DNA from: Kudoa neothunni
Lineage: Eukaryota > Animalia > Cnidaria
Length of the DNA: 64,000 nt
Assembly (NCBI GenBank): GCA_964304625.1
Contig: OZ199838.1
Coordinates: 11,059,408 to 11,123,407, forward strand
Direction of reading: 5' to 3'
Shown here in pieces: positions 40,823-54,088 of the stretch. Positions within the stretch are counted from its first letter, which is position 1, and the number at the start of each line of letters is the position of its first letter. Position numbers and translations under genes: made by a program. Under the pieces are notes generated by a model that was not told the DNA's origin, searched no databases, and saw only the letters and a list, made by a program, of their open reading frames with translations.

Positions 40823-43800
40823 AAGTGCTTTTGTTTTTAAAATGGTTACTATCTGTGCTGTTCTGAGAAATCGTTTTACTTTAGATTCGAGTTTTGATGC
40901 TGACTTGTTAGCTTTTCTACTCAACGCAGCTACTATCCAGCAGATTACTATTAGCAGCAATTGATGGATGTTGACGACACGGCAGGAAAAACAAGGGCGT
41001 TTTGTGTTTGTTTCCGCAGTTAAAACACGCCCAATTTAATTCCACGTTAGACACCTATCAAAGTGAGGTTAATTCGTATAAATAGACCTATTTTATTATG
41101 CTAGCTATAATTTAATTTTAAGCGTAATTATGAACCAGCCTGTCGTTTGGCTTCAGTACAGCTAAAATACGAACACTTGATCAGCTACTCTATCCGATTT
41201 AATAAGCGGAAAGTTGTTGAAAAAAAATTCCGAAATTATTTTGATTTTGAAAAAATCAAAATAACTAACCATTAAATTATGGATTTTAAATTTTTTAATT
41301 CCCTAAAATGTCGTCATGTTTATCATTTACTCAATAGCCCATAATTGATATAATTCTCCAACCACGGAAATAAATGTAGTTTCTGAATTCATAGTAAATT
41401 TTGAAAAAGTTGGCTTTCATTTTTAAAATCTAACCTATCGTACAATACCATGTATTTGTTTGTCACCCAATTAAAGCTGGATTATTACGTTAATTCATTC
41501 GCCCAAGTTCATCTGAATTTTGACCGAAACTGGCTCTATCCATTTATTTGGAAACCAATTCTAAAATGGTTCTTATTTATTGTTTCTAGGATAGTAAAGT
41601 TATTCAGAAATCAGATTAGCGGGGTAATCACATTAACGACGTCCCACCCATTCATTTCCCACCCATTCATCTTGTTCCCTTATTCATTGAATTTCATTAT
41701 ATCGTTAGTGAACTATCCGTTCATTTGCCAACTATTGATTGGATGGGATATTATTTATCCATAATTGATAAGGGATTAATTTGAGTTCCGAATTCATAGA
41801 TAGACCCTCTCGTCGTATAGCAACACTTGATACATTTACTTGACCCTTGACTGTTCATTCATTTTTTTTCTCTTATAAAAATATAATACCAATACAGCAA
41901 ACTGGATGTAATAAATAAAATATTTTGTCTCGGTGATCAGATCTATTGGAGTTCATTATTATGCGAAAATGCTGAAATTATGTTTCACTTGTAAGATTCC
42001 CAGATCTGTATGAACACAATAAAATTGTCAGTCCTAATAAAGCACTTCTAGTTTAATATATAAAAATTTTAATTGTTTAGCCAAACAATTTTTTAGGTTG
42101 AGGATTAACTGATTTAATTGTGTAATAATAAACAACAACCCAAAAATTGCTTTCGAGTATTTAGTAAATAATTAACATTGTGAACTATTTGGATCATTCG
42201 CATGCAGATATTCGCGAGAATATTTTAAATCATATTAAATGGGCGTTTTCTGCTATTTTTGTTACAGTTGATTTTTTATACTTTTTAAAACAGTATCTTA
42301 TTCATTTCTCTGATTGCGCATGCACGCAGATCAGTTAAGGTACTTTTCTATCTGCATGCATATCAAGCATTTCTTACCCTGAATTTCCAATCGGAATTTA
42401 TTTTAAATAATGATTCAAGTTAAAAATTAGTATGAACAAAAAACATTCTTAAAATAAATATAAACAGTTGATATTAATAATTATTGAACTATATTCTGAT
42501 TGAACATAACAGAAATAATCTCTAGATTTAATTAATTAGTCATTTTGAATAGGGAAAAAAAACCATTAAAAATTTGGGTGTAATTTAATAAATGTATTGG
42601 AGAATTTTTATTTTTAAATTAAATGTGCTAATTTTAAAATCAGATAAGTACTGAATATCAAAAGTTAATAATGTTTGTCACGAATTTTTTAATGGAGATT
42701 TCAAATCAGTTTTCAACATCAAACAAAAAATAATTAATTTTTTGTTATATTTAATATTGATACAACTATTGTAATAAATAGACTGAATGTTAGATAATTA
42801 TTTTGTTTGGCTTCATAATCTGTGAAGTATTTATGCGACTAATTACATCAATAATAATATCCAGGAGTGCAATGTTTGAACTGTAATTAACTACTTTTTG
42901 GTTCATAAATAATTAAATCCGGTCTATGCTGAAAAAATAAAATTATACATCAACTGAAAACAATAATTTCTAAGTTTCAACGTTGCGCGCGCTTGTTTGG
43001 ATATTATTAGGGCTGAAGAGTATTTGTGTCGATAACCATTATTTTCGTCTTATTTATTCACAATTAGACAAAACATTAACTCTCTAGCGTACGAGTAAAA
43101 AGCAATGCTGGTATGTCACGTGTGTGAGCAAGTTCGAACATAAGTTCAATTATAAAACCCCTTTTAAGGCTTTTAAATGTAGCTTCAATATTAATAATTT
43201 TTCTTGTTAAAAATTCCTCACTTGAATTATTGAAAACATAAGATTAAGAGAGGTTTGCCTCATTTAATATTGCCACATTGGCTGAAGGTGCAGATTAGAC
43301 GTATTGTTATATGGATTATATTCCTAGAATAGGCAAATGCGCATTTATTCCATAAGATTAAGTTGGAGTGAGTCACCACATTAATATTTGTATTTGTTCT
43401 TTAATTGCAAGAATATACAAATATCAAGACTGAATATGTTCATCAGCTCAATTTTGAAAACTAAAGCGTGCCAAAATTATATTATAGGCGCCAAATATGT
43501 AACGTATACAAAAATTATTGGTGCTTACTTTTCACTGACACTTTTAATTGAAAATTATTGAATATATTTTTTTGTAAATTTAAGATAAATGCATAGTTTT
43601 AATAGAATTCATTGCATCTGGGGAGCAATTTGCCAATTTTTAATACAAAGTAGCTGTAACTACATGATTCTAAACTATTCCCCATATTCGATTAAAATAA
43701 TGTTTTGGGATTAATAATGATACCATTTTACAGGCTAATTATATCGTTTTAAATAAGCGATTCCCAATCTTTTCAACTTAATAAAGTCAATAGAGCCATT

Positions 43801-44251
43801 ATGAAATCTTCCTCGAACCTATCCTCTTTATAACAATAACTTTTTAGACCCATGTTTTAAAATAATAAATCCATTAAATCCAAATATAAATAATAAATTT
43901 TAATACATAAACGGATAAATTATTGATGTGTATTAACAAGTGTACATGTAAAATTAATTTTATATTTACATATATTATGAAATTTTTCAAATTTTTTATG
44001 GAGAAAAAATTTATTAATTTGAAAGCTAAAGAAATCACTTATTTTAATTATATTTATATCACGAAAAACAAACATTTCCAAATAATAATATAATTGATTC
44101 GACAGAATCAGTCAGCTATAAAGAATATTTTAATTTTAATGAAAAAAATAATTGCTTTATGAAAAGGCGATAATTATAGATGGCTGAAAAATTATAGATA
44201 ACTCACGGAGTGCCTCTATAATTTATATCCGAAAAATCGTTTATCGAATTT

Positions 44252-44746
44252 TTGTTTGTTTCTTTTTTCTTGTTTACAAGATCAAACCCCTGGCACAACT
44301 TGTTAGGCCTTCCCCATTTTACGCTTTAGGTACCGCAGCGTCATATTAAGGCAACTTACGTTTATGCGGTAATGTGGGATTTTAACCCACTAAACATCCT
44401 CGGTTTCGGAGCAACCACCACCCCAACCATACCCTGAACTAACTCAGAATTAGTCTGGGAAAGTCGTCTGAATGTGGGAATTGGCTCTACGGAAACCCCT
44501 TATTGGGTTGTATTTCGTTCCTGTACACCGGCGTTCATGGTTTATGAGCACCCGAAATCTACCCTTCCGCCAGGGTCCCCTCTCAACTGCAAGTCAGACC
44601 ACAATAAATCGTAGATCTTTGTGATAACTACAGCCTCCCTAATTATTTTTGGATTAGGAGTACGGGAACGCCCGGACCAGGCTTCGAATTTACAACCTCA
44701 AGGTATGCGATCTCGATCTAACACCATTATGCCATATTGTCCAGGC
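44252..44746 (-). mobile_element. tRNA-derived SINE, copy 2, with a 12-bp TSD
   Basis: Minus-strand head GCCTGGACAATA-TGGCATAATGG (A box)...ATTCGAAGCC (B-box-like) and an A-rich tail. TSD TTTATCGAATTT (44240-44251) / TTTATTGAATTT (44747-44758). Homologous to 912-1370. Confidence 0.8.
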
Positions 44747-45096
44747 TTTATTGAATTTCTGTTATCCGAAAATCCCTCAAAGATATATTCTTTATATTTA
44801 ATTTAATGACTTACCAACGGTTACCATGTTTCATAATGGAACTTTTACTTACGATCTCATTGCAAATAACAATATCGAATTTATATACAGTATTTTATTG
44901 ATTTTTCCCAATCCCTTAAAGACCAGAGAAAGGTTACTGAAAATACATCAATATCAGTAGGTCTTGCAATTATCGACATATACATTTGTTAAATTTTGTG
45001 ATTTAAATCAAGGAATATTTGTAAAGAAAATTCTAGTTGTTTCACAAAAATAGGATTAAATAAAATATTGTTTATCCATACCTACACACTCATTAA

Positions 45097-45253
45097 CCTC
45101 TTGACCCCCAAATTAATTTCCGTGACTGAAAAATTTGTTGGCCCGTTATGTTTAATTTTAAATAATTTTGTATATAATATCCAAAAACTTGTGCACTAAT
45201 TTAAAAATTTTAATATTTACACAGTTCTACTTGGCAACAGTGGGACTCAAAAG
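45097..45253. mobile_element. piggyBac-type MITE
   Basis: TTAA on both flanks and imperfect TIRs CCTCTTGACCCCCA / CTTTTGAGTCCCA (reverse complement). Confidence 0.45.
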
Positions 45254-45583
45254 TTAAGGGACTTTCAGCAAGAAAAGAGGTAATATTAACAATCATATAT
45301 ATATATATATATATTGGATCTTGTTGGAGTTAAACAGGTAGGATAGGAAGAGTACGTAGAAAAAATATGTCATAATGGGTGGAATCAAAAAAAATAAATC
45401 AACATAAAATTTCGTTTGTATAATTTTGATAGAGTTAATTTCTTAACGGCGAAAGGAGTAAACATTAATTGGTTTTTTATAAACCAATTAAGAAGCAAAG
45501 ATAAATTAAATAATAAATTTTCAAATATCAGTGATACAAAGTGCATATCCGGTGTTTTGAAAAACTAGTTCATTACTCAAACG

Positions 45584-46609
45584 TTAAAAGTCTTCTGTAT
45601 AGAAATCGGATGGAGGATATTCCCTTTTGAGCAGAGGATAATGTTCACCACGCTTGAGTTGTTGGAAATCAATAAAATCCTATTCAAAAATGGATACACA
45701 ACAATTGGAAATTCATGTTTACTCCAAGAAATCCTTTAACATTGTAGTAATTGCAGGGATTATCCTATTAGTTCGTAACATGTTAAAATGAAAATAACTG
45801 AGAGGGGCGTATTACGGCGGAATAGTATTGAGGCATAAGAATATCAAAAAATGCGCAGCATTCACTAATTTGAAATGATTTATTGGAAAGAAATCAATCC
45901 TATACTCTTTGGCGGTAATATTATGAAAGTTATTCGAGTCTGGAGTTAATACGCAACAGTCGTCATCCATGGTAACTTTGTTGCATCCGTGAAATTCAGT
46001 CAATACATTGTAATTCTCATTGATATCTTCAGAATTATCAGCACTTCCAGAATTCTTTCTCAGATTTTCCCTTAAAACGGGTAAATAATAGAAGAGTTGG
46101 GGTCAAAAAAGTACGTGGTGTTCACCGCAGAAAAACTGCTAACATAGCAACTTCCATACAAAACTTTTCTATAGAATAACAACAGAATAAATTTGTTTTT
46201 CAAAATCACGCAGTCTACATAAAACCATGCATGTGGGGATGGTCATGCAGAGGAATCCTTAAACCCTTATGAACAACAAATATTCCAATTGAAATATCTG
46301 AATCTTCATGAATGGAATGATAATTGACTATCATCGAATTTCTTGCATTGTTTCGGCATATACATGTGTTGCTTTTGAAAAAATCTGTCTTTTTTATCGA
46401 ATTCGTCTACGTTAATCAAACAATGTAAGACCATTAGTAAGATTTTTATAAAAGAGTGATTATTTGACCAAATATTTTTATCCAAATCAATCAAATGGCA
46501 TAATTATTACCAGTTTTTTCAACGATTCAAAATTTTCTGAATTTTTGTTCTTTGAGAATGACTGGCATTTTTCAAGAATTTCCCTAACCAACGTTTTATT
46601 GAAATTCAT
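45584..46609 (-). CDS. ADO: 2-aminoethanethiol (cysteamine) dioxygenase, PCO/ADO family, 7 exons
   Basis: Spliced translation: VNYHSIHEDSDISIGIFVVHKGLRIPLHDHPHMHGFIKVLYGS...CCVLTPDSNNFHNITA...AFFDILMPQY...PCNYY...PPSDFYTEDF*. The IPLHDHP and NxH iron ligands are present. Largely absent from the ORF track. Confidence 0.92.
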
Positions 46610-48206
46610 GCTCACCTAAAAGTATGTTGTTTGTTACATTACATCAAATGAAAATAGCCATAAAACTATATTTTTTAATACATCAATAAGATTTAGAGAG
46701 ACGATCACATAATTATTAATGTTTTTGATCACATTTTCACCTCTCAACTAGGCTAGATTATCACACATTTATTCGCTCCAAAAAAATATTTAATAAGTTA
46801 TTTCCTTTAGATATTATCAGAATAATTTGTTAAATTGTAAAACCAACATAATCTTACCAAGCGTAAATAAATAATAATCTGTGCTTAAAAAATATTTGAT
46901 AAAATAAAAACAAAGATCCCTTGGACGAGTATAAATTTAATGCGAACATAAACCCTTCAAAATGTTCAAAAATATTTTACAATTGTGTTTTTAAAAACTC
47001 TTAATTGATTATTAAACGACAAAGGGGTAGAAATATCGTTGAAAATTATTAATCAACACATCCACTTAAATAACTGACTAGCCCATAGGGACATATTGTT
47101 TATTCATAGCTTGGAGATTTAAAGGAGGACCCATATTAAAATTTCTACCCAGAAATTATAAAAAAATACTCGCACCAGTGACCACGTTCGCACTTCCCAA
47201 AGCTCCGAACTAATAGCTTCCTGGGAGGATTAGATGTAATCGTACTTTTAAATTTGTGCAAGGATATTTATTCATCCCTTTGCGGCCGATTATATAGATG
47301 TAATGTAATCAAATAAATGCATTCGATTATTCAACTCACTGAAGCTCTTAACTGTCCTAATGTTGATCAATGGGATATTAGAATCAATTTTATTGAATGA
47401 TTCAAGGTTGCGATGAAGTCATCTTAATTTTTGTAGAGTATATAACAATTTTTTGTTCAATTTAAATAAAGCTATCTCTACTACATGTTACATACAAACA
47501 AATCCGGCTTAATTATCGTGTTGGACGGAATTCTGGATGGTCTCGGGATCGTCAATCAGGTACGTTCCGCCCAAATTACCGGGGTTTACTCCCTATTTCG
47601 GAAAGTTAATTTTCAAATTCGTAAACGTGGACAGGCTAAACTGCAGTTTGAGACGATTGTCGGAAAGACTCGCACACAATAAAATAAAATATGTGAAATA
47701 CACTATTAACGGAGATATAATTCATTAATTGTTAAAATATATTTCATATATGATAATTTTAGATAATTACATTTGGAATACGTTTGTTACGTCTTTCAAA
47801 AATTTACATGATTTTTATCTACATATATCACGTATTAGGGCATTATCTTTGTTAATGTTAACTATCATACTAATTTATTTTATGAAGTGATTTATTGTTA
47901 TAATATAGTCAAACGTTGTGGTATTTCAAAAATAGTTACGTAAAATAACATATATAAACTATAATTTTGTGAGACTAGTGGGTAACCAGATTGGCGTAGG
48001 CGGGCGCGGCGTGAGAATGACAGGCTGGCGCTTAACTAGGTTTAACTAGGTAAACGAGCTCGAATCCTGCATCGTGATAATGCGTGAGCGCAACGAATCG
48101 TCCCGCGGAAAGAGTCGATGCAATGCGCAACTAATTGCGCGAGTTTCTATTTAATACACATTTAAGGTTTGCGCACGGAGGTACCGTCGATTCTAATAGG
48201 CCGGGG

Positions 48207-51065
48207 CGTGGGTGGGCAAACCTTATTTGGTCCGCGGGCCGCACCCATAAAAACAGCTTTTTGTACTGATAAAAGATAGAAAATGTTCTAAAACTCATTC
48301 TTTATCGATTACGTATGTTTTCGTTGATTAAAATAAATTTAAATTTTATTTTCCTAAATATTTTTACTTATTACAACCCTAAGTATTACTTACACAGGAA
48401 GAAACTTCCAAATCGTTTGAACTTTTAAATTAGTCCTTAATTCGAAAATTTGAAATAATTCGTCTTCTTAAAAACAACATAAAGTATTCTAATTATAAAA
48501 TTTTCCATAATAGTTTAATTTAATAAGGAAATTTTTCATTCGCGAGAACATAAAACCAAACATCGTAAAAACATAATACTAAATAAAAGGAACTAATGGG
48601 ATTTGTGGAATTGACAGTTATTATTAATAATTTTTTCAAAATCAGGTTTTAATAAGTTTGTGCTTATTCTGAAAATCGAGGGTAGATTGGAGTCTGTCAT
48701 TATCGTTCTATTTTGAGACTTGTTTGTTTTCATTACAGAGAACGTTTGCTCACATGTGTACATTGGTGCAATAATAACAAATATTCTTTTAACAAACCTC
48801 AAATTAGGGAACGTATCATTGCTGAGAGCGGAGTGAAAGCTAATAAAATTTTTTGTTTCGGACATTTTTTTAGGGAAATGTCGACTTGCAGGACTATTAA
48901 TTCTAACTGCAATCCTTCTGGGGATGTTTCAATATCACACGTAACAAGAGAACAGAGAAAAGTAGTTATCTTCGATTAACCTAAAGTCGGAAAATCTTCT
49001 AGCGAATTCTTGTTTTAACCCTATTAGCTGGGAACTATAGTTATCACATAATGTTTTTAGGGGATTTTGAAGTTTCAATGTTGGAAAATAGTTGAAGTTT
49101 TATTTGGAAGCATTTCACTTCCAAATATAACTCGTGAGCAAATAAGCGTTTTCCTTGTAATTTTGAATTCAAGTCATTCATCTTTTCCATTATAGCTACA
49201 ACGAATGCGATATCATATAACCATGCATAATTTTTGATTTTATCAATAAAATCGCAACTAGTATCCGTTATGTTTAAAAAGAAGAAAATTTCGGTTTCAG
49301 GGCCCATACTTAACCATCGTACATTCGTGTAATAGAGTATATCGGTAAAACCAGATTCAATGTCCTCTAAATAGCTCCTAAATTGCCTATGCAGAAGAGC
49401 GCTTGATCTTATCACATCAACAACACATTACAGGGTCCAAAACATGCTTGAAGTTCAATGAATATTTACAGAAGCTTTCATGGTGTATAATACAATGAAA
49501 TGAAAAAATTTTGTGTGATGGGGGAATCTTCACTGATTTTATCATTCATCAGTTTTATTAGCCCAGAGTGTTTTCCCACGAGTGGAGGCGCTCCATCAGT
49601 AGTGACACTGGTGATTTTGTCCAAGCTTAAACCAGAATTGTTCCAACTATCCATAACGCTATCACACAAATCTTATCCAGTTGTGGTATTCTTCAAGGAT
49701 TCAAGTGGTAAGAGCTCCTCGATAATTTAGAAATTATGGTCAATTCCTTTTACAAAAATGAATAATTGAGCGGTATCGGTAACATCCTCACTTTCTTCCA
49801 AAGCAATAGAATAATACTCAAAGTTGGCAGCTTTTTCGAACAAAATTTCTTGTACGTATTGAGAAATATTTTCAATTCGTCGAACAATTTTTCTTCAAGA
49901 TGACCTCGGGGCACACAACGTTAACAGCATCCATAAAACACTCTTCAATAAACTCCCCATCCGATAATGCCTTGTTATGTTTTGCAAATTTGTGAGAAAA
50001 TATAAAGCTAATCATCGTTGCATCTCTTATTATGGATGTTGCTTTTCCAAATGAATTTTGCTGTCGTTTTAAATTTCGTATCATATCAGATGCCTTCTTT
50101 TTCAATTTTTCCTGTGACAAATTGGATCCAAACTTGGAATGTTTGGTTTGATAATGGTGTTTCAAGTTGTATTCTTTCTACACAGCGATTGTATCACGGC
50201 AAATCAAACATATTGCCTTATTATTGATGATGGTAAAAAAGTACTTTCTAGTCCACTTGTTATTGAAACCTCGACATTCGTCTTCAATTTTTCTTTTTTT
50301 AGATAGATTAAAACTAGCCATCTCAACAAACTTCGTATACTAAAGGAAATTCAGGAAAAAGTATAAAGGGGTAACCGCTATTTATAACGTCGTTTTTCGT
50401 CATATTTTTCACTTTTTGTCGAGAGTGGTATGTTTTGTTAGTTTACATCATTTAATTATGATACAAAAATTTATCTCTGTGTATACAAAATCCGAAATAA
50501 TTTGAATAGAAACAGCTCAACGATCAGTAGCTCCATGAATACCGGTTAAATGAAGTCTACATTACGATATTAAAAGTTGGAAGAAAATTATTTATAAAGA
50601 GCCTATTATATCACAATTAATCAGTTCCTGAAGACAGATAAGGAGAGAATTTCAAATTTTTACGACCGATGTTATCTATCAGATATTCGAGATCATTTTT
50701 AATATATATATAGTCCTTTTTTCGATGATCCCTTTATAGTTCAAACGTAATAGTTAATATTTAGAAATTTGATTATGATATGTAACGATTTTTAATGAAA
50801 TTGTTGCTAATTTTTAAACTATATTATCTCTTAGAACTATTGTTTGTAGCAATATTAGAATTTTAATATTAAATTCAGTTAGGCATGACGTTTGTGATGA
50901 ATTATTTTAAAACTATTAAATACAACGTATATTAAAGTTCTATGAACTACAATAAGCATTTTAATTATAAAAATTAGATATATAAATTTAAATTTATTAG
51001 AACTAAAAAAGATTTTTGGCGACTGATATTGGAGCTTATCGGGGGCCGCAGTTTGCCCACCCCAG
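48207..51065 (-). mobile_element. Near full-length hAT element (SPIN/Buster/GTF2IRD2-like)
   Basis: TIRs CGTGGGTGGGCAAAC (48207) and GTTTGCCCACCCCAG (to 51065) with GCGGGCCGCA/GGGCCGCA subterminal motifs. No matching TSD. Confidence 0.85.
48593..50321 (-). pseudogene. GTF2IRD2/SPIN-like hAT transposase, disrupted
   Basis: KKRKIEDECRGFNNKW...AICLIC...V*KEYNLKHHYQTKH, SVTTDGAP, LYYTNVRWLS, YTCEQTFSVMK; multiple stops and frameshifts. Confidence 0.92.
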
Positions 51066-51204
51066 ATATAGTAGATAAAGGATAACGAAACTTTATTGAT
51101 TAACTCGTATATTGTTTAAAAAACATTTTTATTGTTTTTAAATCAATTAATTATCTAGATAATTATATTGAATCTAAAATATTCACCCTTATTTACGTAT
51201 TTAA

Positions 51205-51966
51205 CCTTTAATGGACCACCTTGGGCTCCACAAGCCCACCCACCTACTAAATTGTGTTTATGACCCCCAAATTTCCTGTAAATTCATAAACAAATTTCTT
51301 GTTTTATTTGGAGGTTGTTTCGAAAATTTTTTTATTTTAAAATTTAGTTCTTATTTAACTCATTTTGGATCAATTTTAAGCATGTAATGCAGTCATTAAT
51401 TACAAATAAAATCCTTTATTTTTTTGTTTAATTTCAAACACATTTTTGCAAGTTAATAAAAATGTTGCCTGATTGTGAAAGTATTTCATCGAGCGAGAGA
51501 GACAATTTTATCCAAAATAATGTGTTAAATGAGAATTCTGAGGATGATTTGGATATATCATTGATAAAAGACGAACAGAATAGGGGATTTAAAAATCCTA
51601 AAATTTGTTTCCAGCCTACCTTAAAGAGTTCATTATAAATCGTAGGAAATTATTTTGATATTCATTACGCAAAAAGTGATGACAACGATGAAAATAAAAG
51701 AAGGCTATGTTATCTTTGTCCATCCAATGCCGTAAGCAGTAGTAAACAGGTTTGTTGCCAGTGTCATAAGAGCGACTGTACCGAACATTCTTTAAAAAAC
51801 AATGCTTGTGCTTCTTGTAACTCTACGTAATGAAAATGTATCTTATTTTTGTTAGGCCTTCCAAAGCAACATAGTTTAAATGTTAATTGCACTAATAACA
51901 ATATTTAACTAAATGAAGCCTAGATTTTTTCTTGGGTTCGCGGAGGCCAAGGTGGTCCATTAAGTG
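51205..51966 (+). mobile_element. Internally deleted piggyBac
   Basis: TTAA|CCTTTAATGGACCACCTTGG ... CCAAGGTGGTCCATTAAGTG|CTAA. Retains the acidic N-terminus (MLPDCESISSSERD...SEDDLD) and C-terminal cysteine-rich domain KRRLCYLCPS...CCQCHKSDCTEH...CASC; the DDD core is deleted. Confidence 0.92.
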
Positions 51967-52041
51967 CTAATAGTAAAAATATATTGCGATCGTTTTATGT
52001 TGAAAGAATAGTTGAAATTTCAGAAACGCTTTCTTTTATAT

Positions 52042-53600
52042 TATAATCCCTTCGCTGCATACCCAGAGCAATTGGTCACCGCACGTGCCTGGGTCCCCCT
52101 GCAATAGCCATTGCCTTTTTTAATCTCTTCGTAGTAAGTTGAAAGATAATAATCCTAAGAAACAATCGCTCTTTTTCTAATTTAAAATAATAATTCACAC
52201 ATTAAAAAAGTAGTTGGACAAGCTGCCAGCGGCTTTTTTATTTCTGCGTCAAATTTAAAAAGTAAAAACCAAAACGAAGCATCATTAACAAACACTTTTC
52301 ATTAGTTTAACTCATTTAACGTTTTTTCCATATTTTAAAATTCAGAAACTTCCCTAACAACAAGATCAACCACCTGTATTAACACATTTTTCATCCCATC
52401 CATTTTTCCATATTCAAGCTTATTGCTATGATGTAAAAGTTTGTGCGCTAACTTAGTGAATTCTATTAAAAAGACAGATAAGGCCGATATTCGCCAAAAA
52501 ATTCCATATGAAGAAAATATTAACAATAACTATCTAAATGGATAGTAAGATATATTTTTTGTCGCAGAGCTCATTCATTCTCTCATAGAGAGAATTCAAA
52601 GTATGGTGGCATTTACGTTAAGTTCATCACTTAAGAAAGAGCGTGCCGCTATCTTAATTCATTTTGGAAACCTTCATCAAGCAAGATATTGACATTGGAA
52701 TTAGTGGGAGAAAAATTTAAAAAGGTGGCCAAGCACAATTCATCTTAATATAAAGAAGAATTTATAACCGACAACTCCTAATTTATTCCTCCACTTTTAT
52801 TGGCGGTTCCATATGAATGTTACAATTGGTTTTACACAATTATGCATTTATACCTCATTGAACATTTATATTAACATTGTTGTAATATTTCCCCCAATAT
52901 GTAATCTCTATATTTCTAAATCATATCCACAGAGAATGTAAAAAAGTTTCTATATCTCAGCTCATGAAAACTTAAGGAGATTAAAATTTTGTTACGATAA
53001 ATCTTAAGAACGATGCAAATATTACTCCAATAATTTATCAGATCATTAACTGAAAAATAGAATATCCTCAAATTTTAAATTAATTTTGTTCTAAAAGGAT
53101 AAGTGACAGAGTTACATGCAGTGTCTGCAGTCACTTTCACTGGACAATGAAACTTAGCAACAAATCTATGAAACCCAAGATGATTTATGTGAGAACGTTG
53201 AAAAATTTACTTATAGTAATAATCCGCTTTTCAATAAACTCCTAGTCACACTTTACATAAGCAGAAGCCGCATTTTTATCACGCAGTAATTCCCATAGGC
53301 TTGGGAATATAGCCGCTAAAAAGAATTAACTAACTAGAAAAACAATTTAACTAGAGATAACAATACTCACATTTAACTACTATTCCAAATATCTCCGGTA
53401 AACACAGAGCGTGGGCGAAATAATGCATGGCATAAAAATATTGATAGATTTTTTAGCCTCTAAATCGATTGCACTGTAAACATGGTTCGGTAGGATAGGA
53501 CGTAGTCAATTAAAAAAATGATAATTGAATATTAAATGATATATTCAACGTATCAGATAGCGTTTGGAGTAGAATAAGGTCTAACAATGGGATCTATGTA
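52042..53600 (-). pseudogene. Possible degraded multi-exon gene, unidentified
   Basis: Several AG/GT-bounded, coding-like minus-strand segments (DPIVRPYSTPNA, YAMHYFAHALCLPEIF, AIFPSLWELLRDKN, FVAKFHCPVK, DYYLSTYYEEIKKGNGYCRGTQARAVTNCSGYAAKGL*), with in-frame stops I could not splice around. Confidence 0.25.
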
Positions 53601-54088
53601 AACATTTAATAACTTCAATGATAATACCGAAAATGACTATCATCAATTATAATTATCGTTTTAGCTAAATTCTACAATTATGTAGACGTATTAATTAGTT
53701 TTATTATATATTTCAGCTGTTTATTTATAATTTTTAAGTTGGTAGGTAATAATTTATTGCCTAATGACTAGTAGTCTAATGCGGTATTCATCACTTTGTT
53801 TACACCGAATATCCAAGATGTAAACAAATCGTACATTTCGGCGGTCAATGTAGGTTTGAGTAGCATGCGCAAACCCCAATTAATCGATATGATTAAATTT
53901 AATCCTAGATTTTTTAATTGTAAATCAGCTCAGAAAATAAAATAATAATATACTGACTTGAAATACAATTAAAAATTTAACTAAAATCGATCATAAGATG
54001 ACATTATTTACCCTTGATGATTCAATGAGTTAATCCCTAATTGTGGCGCAATTTATGTTTCGGATTAATCGCTGCGCTGAATTGCGGA

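Noticed and set aside
41640-41672. TTCCCAC/GTCCCAC repeats as CSL (Su(H)) binding sites upstream of the AT-hook gene
   Set aside because: Short motifs expected by chance, and not in the paired head-to-head arrangement.
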